Positions 60,574 to 64,000 of a DNA stretch of 64,000 nt are shown one piece after another (within the stretch, counting starts at the first letter, position 1; every line of letters begins with the position of its first letter). Made by a program: the position numbers and the translations under genes. Origin of the DNA: Ascidiella aspersa (Eukaryota). The DNA lies in contig OZ004609.1 of NCBI GenBank assembly GCA_963924565.1, positions 28,830,001 to 28,894,000 on the forward strand, given 5' to 3'. The notes under the pieces were generated by a model. The model made no database searches. It saw only the letters and a list, made by a program, of their open reading frames with translations, and was not told the DNA's origin.

Positions 60574-60713
60574 CAGTGTTTCTTAACCTTTTTTAGTTGG
60601 GGGCGCACCTAGAGACGTATGCAAAACGTGGCGGCGCACCTTACGAGTGAAGCGAGCGCAAAATTTGAGGTGTACCGATATTTCTCTTAAATTGCCTGCA
60701 TTTTTTATTACAT
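60574..60713. mobile_element. Left end of a Charlie-type hAT MITE, interrupted
   Basis: ctctacag|CAGTGTTTCTTAACCTTTTT...ggcgcacc motifs; right end not seen. Confidence 0.5.
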
Positions 60714-62890
60714 CCCAGCTAACACACAACGTTTTTTCGACGTTCGGATCTTTTTTTTAAACTAAGTAAACGTTGTGGGAATGTGTCCAAACGAACGTTA
60801 AGAAAATACGTCGAGGCCGTATTATCAAAACGTAATGTAAAACGTTGCACTAACGTCAAAATTAACGTTAAGAAAAACCGCAATGCGACCAAATTTCAAC
60901 GTCATTTGTAACGTATAAACAACGTTGATTACAGACGTCGATCTTAACATGTTTTACATCATTTTGGACGTCACTTCGAACGTTTGTTGAACGTTATTTT
61001 TTAACGTTGCGACGAACCACAATGAAACAAATTTACAACGTCATAGGTGACATGCAAATAACGTTTATTACTGACGTAAAATCTAACATTTTTAGACCGG
61101 TTTAGACGTCTTTTACACGTTTAATTAACGCTGTATATTTAACGTTCCGTAAAACTATAACGAAACAACTTAGAACGTCATACGTGACGTAGAATTCACG
61201 TTCATTTCTGACGTCACAATTAACTTGTTATAGACAAATTTTAACGTAACTTCAAACGTTTGATTAACGTTCTTTCGTAACGTTGAAACAAACCAAATAC
61301 AACTTATTTTAAAACGTCATAAATCACGTACTAAAACGTTGTTTACTGACGTCAAAACTAACGTCTTTTTTTTTTTTTCAATTCAATGGTATTCTTTAAA
61401 AATATTGTGGCGCACCACAATGTAACCTGATTATAACGTCAAAGGTGACGTACGAACAAGGTTAATTACTTACTTCGAGGCTAATAACTTGTTTTAGGCT
61501 ATTTTGTACGTCAGAGCGAACATTTTGCTAACATTATTTTTAAACTTTGTGACCACCATTGATGTAACTAATTTACAACGTGATACGTGACGTACAAACA
61601 ACATTAAATTCTGACATCAAAGCTAATTTCTTGGAGACCAGGACGCCATTTTAAGCGTTATAATAACGTCATTTTACCGTTTTGACTAACTACAATGTTA
61701 TATAATTAAAACGTAAAACGTGACGTAACAACAACGTTACCTTTTGTAACAAGGATAATTTTTTTATGACTATTTTATACATCATTTCTAACGTTTTAAT
61801 AACGTCATTTCTCAACCTTATTGCAAACCTTAATGTAACCAATTTAGAACGTCATAGGTGACGTACATGCAACGTTAATTACTCACGTCAAAGTAAACTT
61901 GATTTCATTTCATACGTTGTCGTGAGAAACCACAATGGACCCAATTTATTAAATCCTACGTGACGTACAATCAACGGTGATTTCTGACGTCAAAGCTAAC
62001 TTATTTAAGACCGTTTTGGATGTAATTTTAAACGTTTTAATAACGTTATTTCTTGACGTTGCGACAAACTAAGATCCAACTAACTGACAACGTCACGCGT
62101 GACGTATAAATGACGTTGAATTCCAAGGTCAAAGCTAACTTCTTTGACAGCATTTTGGACGTGATTTTAAGCGTTTTAACAACGTTATTTTTTGGTTTGT
62201 AACTAACAACAATGCAATCTAATTAGAACTTCACGTGACGTAAAAACTACGGTAAATACTGACATCGAAGCTTACTTGTGTTTAGAATTAGACTATTTTA
62301 TACGTCATTTTTAACGTTAATATGACGTTATTTTTCAACGTTATTACAATCTTCAATATAACCAATTCAAAACATCCTACGTGGCCTATATGCAAAAAGC
62401 AATGATAACTGTCGCTGAAGATAACTTATTTGAAACCATTTTAAATGCTATTTTCAAAAGTTCCAATAACTTTATTTCTTGACATTACGAAAAACTAAAA
62501 CGCGACCAAATTTGCAACATCTTGAATGATCGTAGTCATTTCGAAGGTTACGGCAAACCACAATGCAACCGGATTAAAACGTTAAACGTGACCTATACAA
62601 CAAGGTATATACCTGACATCGAGGTCAACTTGTTTTAGACTATTTTATACATAAATTAAAACATTTCATTAATATTGTTTAGCGTTTTTACAAACGTCAA
62701 AGGAACCCTATTAAAACGTTAAACGTGAGGTAGAAACAACATCAATTAGCCTACTTACGTTGAAGGTAACTGATTTTAGACGAATTTCCGTGTCATACAC
62801 AGTTTTTTCGACTGAGCTGAAGTACAATCGAATCAAAATGTCATACGTGTCGTATAAAAAACGTTGTTTACCGACGTCAAAACTAACTTT
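60714..62890. repeat. ACGT-rich tandem array, ~138-bp unit, ~16 diverged copies, starting with a CCCAGCTAAC terminus (CMC/EnSpm-like subterminal array)
   Basis: Anchor aacgtcat.cgtgacgta near 60901, 61040, 61177, 61316, 61438, 61580, 61713, 61851, ~61953, 62092, ~62230, ~62374, 62581, 62718, 62840. Confidence 0.85.
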
Positions 62891-63563
62891 CCAAGTTTTA
62901 ATTTTCGTTAAATAGAAATGCTCTCTTTTAAGGAATGCGTCGGGATTATGTAGCCTATGTACAAAATATTTGTTTTTTTCTGTAATGTGTTTTGATTAAC
63001 TTTTTTAGAATATGTAAAGAAGTATACTTAGTTATGCTTACATAAAATAGAGATGTGACTTAATTTAAGATAGCATTTTAGTAACATTGTCTTTATATGA
63101 AACAAATCGCATAAAAAAGTACTTAGCGCAGCGACCGCTACAGACGCAGTTTCCTGGATAGACAAGAATGTCGCTCCCTGCTGCTTTTTTTTCGCGGATT
63201 TCGAACGGCGCGTAAACTCGTGATTGGCCAATATGCGGATGACATCACAGTCCAGTTTGAACATTTGCTATCAGTCAGGACATTGGAATTCAAAATAAGT
63301 TTTGGCAGCTCAGCGCTAGAGTGCTTGTTAGATATTTAGGTTGTTTTCCTTAAACCATGAAGATTAGGGTTACATAAAAAGATTAGGCTTTGTTATCAAA
63401 TATATTTTCAGGTTAAATAGTCTAAGCTGTATTTGTAGTTTTATTTATAACTTTTATTTTAAGTAGGAAACAAAATAATTTACTGATTGAATGACTTCAA
63501 AGCCTCCACTAATTTTCATCTAACATAGAAAAACAAGCTCTATTACCTCTGTGGGCAATTGCA

Positions 63564-63762
63564 GGCACTGGTCTAGAATCCTACCACACAGTGCACAATA
63601 TTTGGGTTAGGGTGCGGGTTAGCATTTTGGATTAGGGTGGGTCAAGTATTAAATAATAGATATAATAATACTTCACCCACCCTCACTCAAACGCTAACTC
63701 GCACCCTAACCCAAATATTGTGCGTTGATTTAATCAATGTGGTAGGATTCTAGACCAGCGCC
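63564..63762. mobile_element. Palindromic (foldback-like) MITE with 8-bp TSD, possibly Merlin-type
   Basis: Ends GGCACTGGTCTAGAATCCTACCACA ... TGTGGTAGGATTCTAGACCAGCGCC; inner arms gcacaatatttgggttagggtgcgggttagc / gctaactcgcaccctaacccaaatattgtgc; perfect TSD CAATTGCA (63556-63563, 63763-63770). Confidence 0.88.
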
Positions 63763-64000
63763 CAATTGCAGTCTACGGCGAGTGAACACCCAAACTTTTT
63801 AGACAATTTTAATGCAAATCTTGATCTTTGTATCATGCCAGCGTAAATACCTTGGGTGTGCATAAAACCCCAAATGAACACTTGAAAATTCATTACTGAA
63901 GATCTCGACTAAAGGCTTGATTAAAAGTTCAAGGTGGGATTTGAAGAAGGGTACACGTTAAAGATATTCCTCATGAACTTGGCTGCTCATGAATATTTAC

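Noticed and set aside
60714-62890. CRISPR-like array
   Set aside because: Whole 138-bp units are homologous with no unique spacers, the context is eukaryotic and there are no cas genes.
52911-63762. One ~10.9-kb composite (NOF-FB-like) transposon carrying the large ORF, bounded by ggcgctggtc...gaccagcgcc
   Set aside because: The flanks do not form a TSD (gtactttg versus caattgca), and the right-hand MITE has its own complete TSD.

Overview
Eukaryotic (animal) genomic DNA, most consistent with an invertebrate chordate such as an ascidian or other tunicate. That assignment is inferred from the chordate-like Robo tail, compact single-exon housekeeping genes, operon-like spacing and mosaic CpG depletion. 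The window has three zones. (1) 1-45.4 kb is a Roundabout (Robo) receptor gene on the + strand. I reconstructed 24 GT-AG coding exons by hand (20586-44387, 4514 nt, all intron phases consistent) encoding Ig2-Ig5, three FN3 domains, a transmembrane helix and a long cytoplasmic tail. No Ig1 or signal-peptide exon was found, so the first 20.5 kb appears to be one large CpG-rich intron. The gene has a 30-nt frame-symmetric microexon resembling the vertebrate ROBO 'VPSFTFTPT' cassette, an antisense intronic tRNA-Ser(AGA) and small hAT-type MITEs. (2) About 47.5-59.4 kb is a CpG-depleted block of four genes with uninterrupted CDSs: RGS7/6 (+), PTGR2 (-), a FAM162-like gene (-) that stops 96 nt upstream of the PTGR2 ATG (candidate operon or shared leader exon), and a 1594-aa ORF (+). 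That ORF has eight copies of an unrecognised ~50-aa repeat, an SV40-type NLS and two tandem Cys/His domains resembling the DNA-binding end of NOF-FB/MULE-type transposases without a catalytic core. It is the best candidate for something undescribed. (3) 60-64 kb holds nested non-autonomous DNA transposon pieces, a ~16-copy 138-bp ACGT-rich tandem array and a palindromic MITE with an 8-bp TSD. All homology calls are from memory of the families; no searches were run.
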